This document shows positions 47,182 to 47,217 of a stretch of DNA of 47,217 nucleotides, piece by piece. The translations under genes were made by a program, and so were the position numbers. The notes under the pieces were generated by a model that did no database searches, was not told the origin of the DNA, and worked only from the letters and a program-made list of their open reading frames with translations. The DNA lies in NCBI RefSeq assembly GCF_001194135.2, contig NC_068986.1, forward strand, positions 84,825,683 through 84,872,899, written 5' to 3'. Within the stretch, counting starts at the first letter, position 1; each line of letters starts with the position of its first letter. This stretch comes from Octopus bimaculoides. Its lineage: Eukaryota.

Positions 47182-47217
<36 letters not shown>

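Overview
AT-rich animal genomic DNA from a draft assembly with many N gaps, mostly at microsatellites. The SINE families and microsatellite load suggest a coleoid cephalopod such as Octopus (inference). One + strand gene spans the whole window and continues beyond both edges. I reconstructed 21 GT-AG coding exons (about 3.0 kb, about 1000 codons). They encode the C-terminal part of a single-pass mucin-like receptor: vWD domain starting with the MUC4-type GDPH motif, a cadherin/Ig-like module, about 11 EGF repeats (6 calcium-binding type), an SEA domain with GSIIV, a 24-nt microexon stalk, a TM helix and a Tyr-containing tail. All splice phases are consistent except one junction inside the SEA domain, where an exon is missing. 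Introns hold five restriction-like-endonuclease (R4/Dong-like) non-LTR retrotransposon copies tied to (TAA)n tracts, three of them stacked head-to-tail. They also hold RTE fragments, three tRNA-derived SINE families, four mariner remnants and a foldback MITE. A Penelope-like fragment carries a minimal hammerhead ribozyme fold. There are no rRNA, tRNA or CRISPR features, and most listed ORFs are microsatellite or N-gap artefacts.
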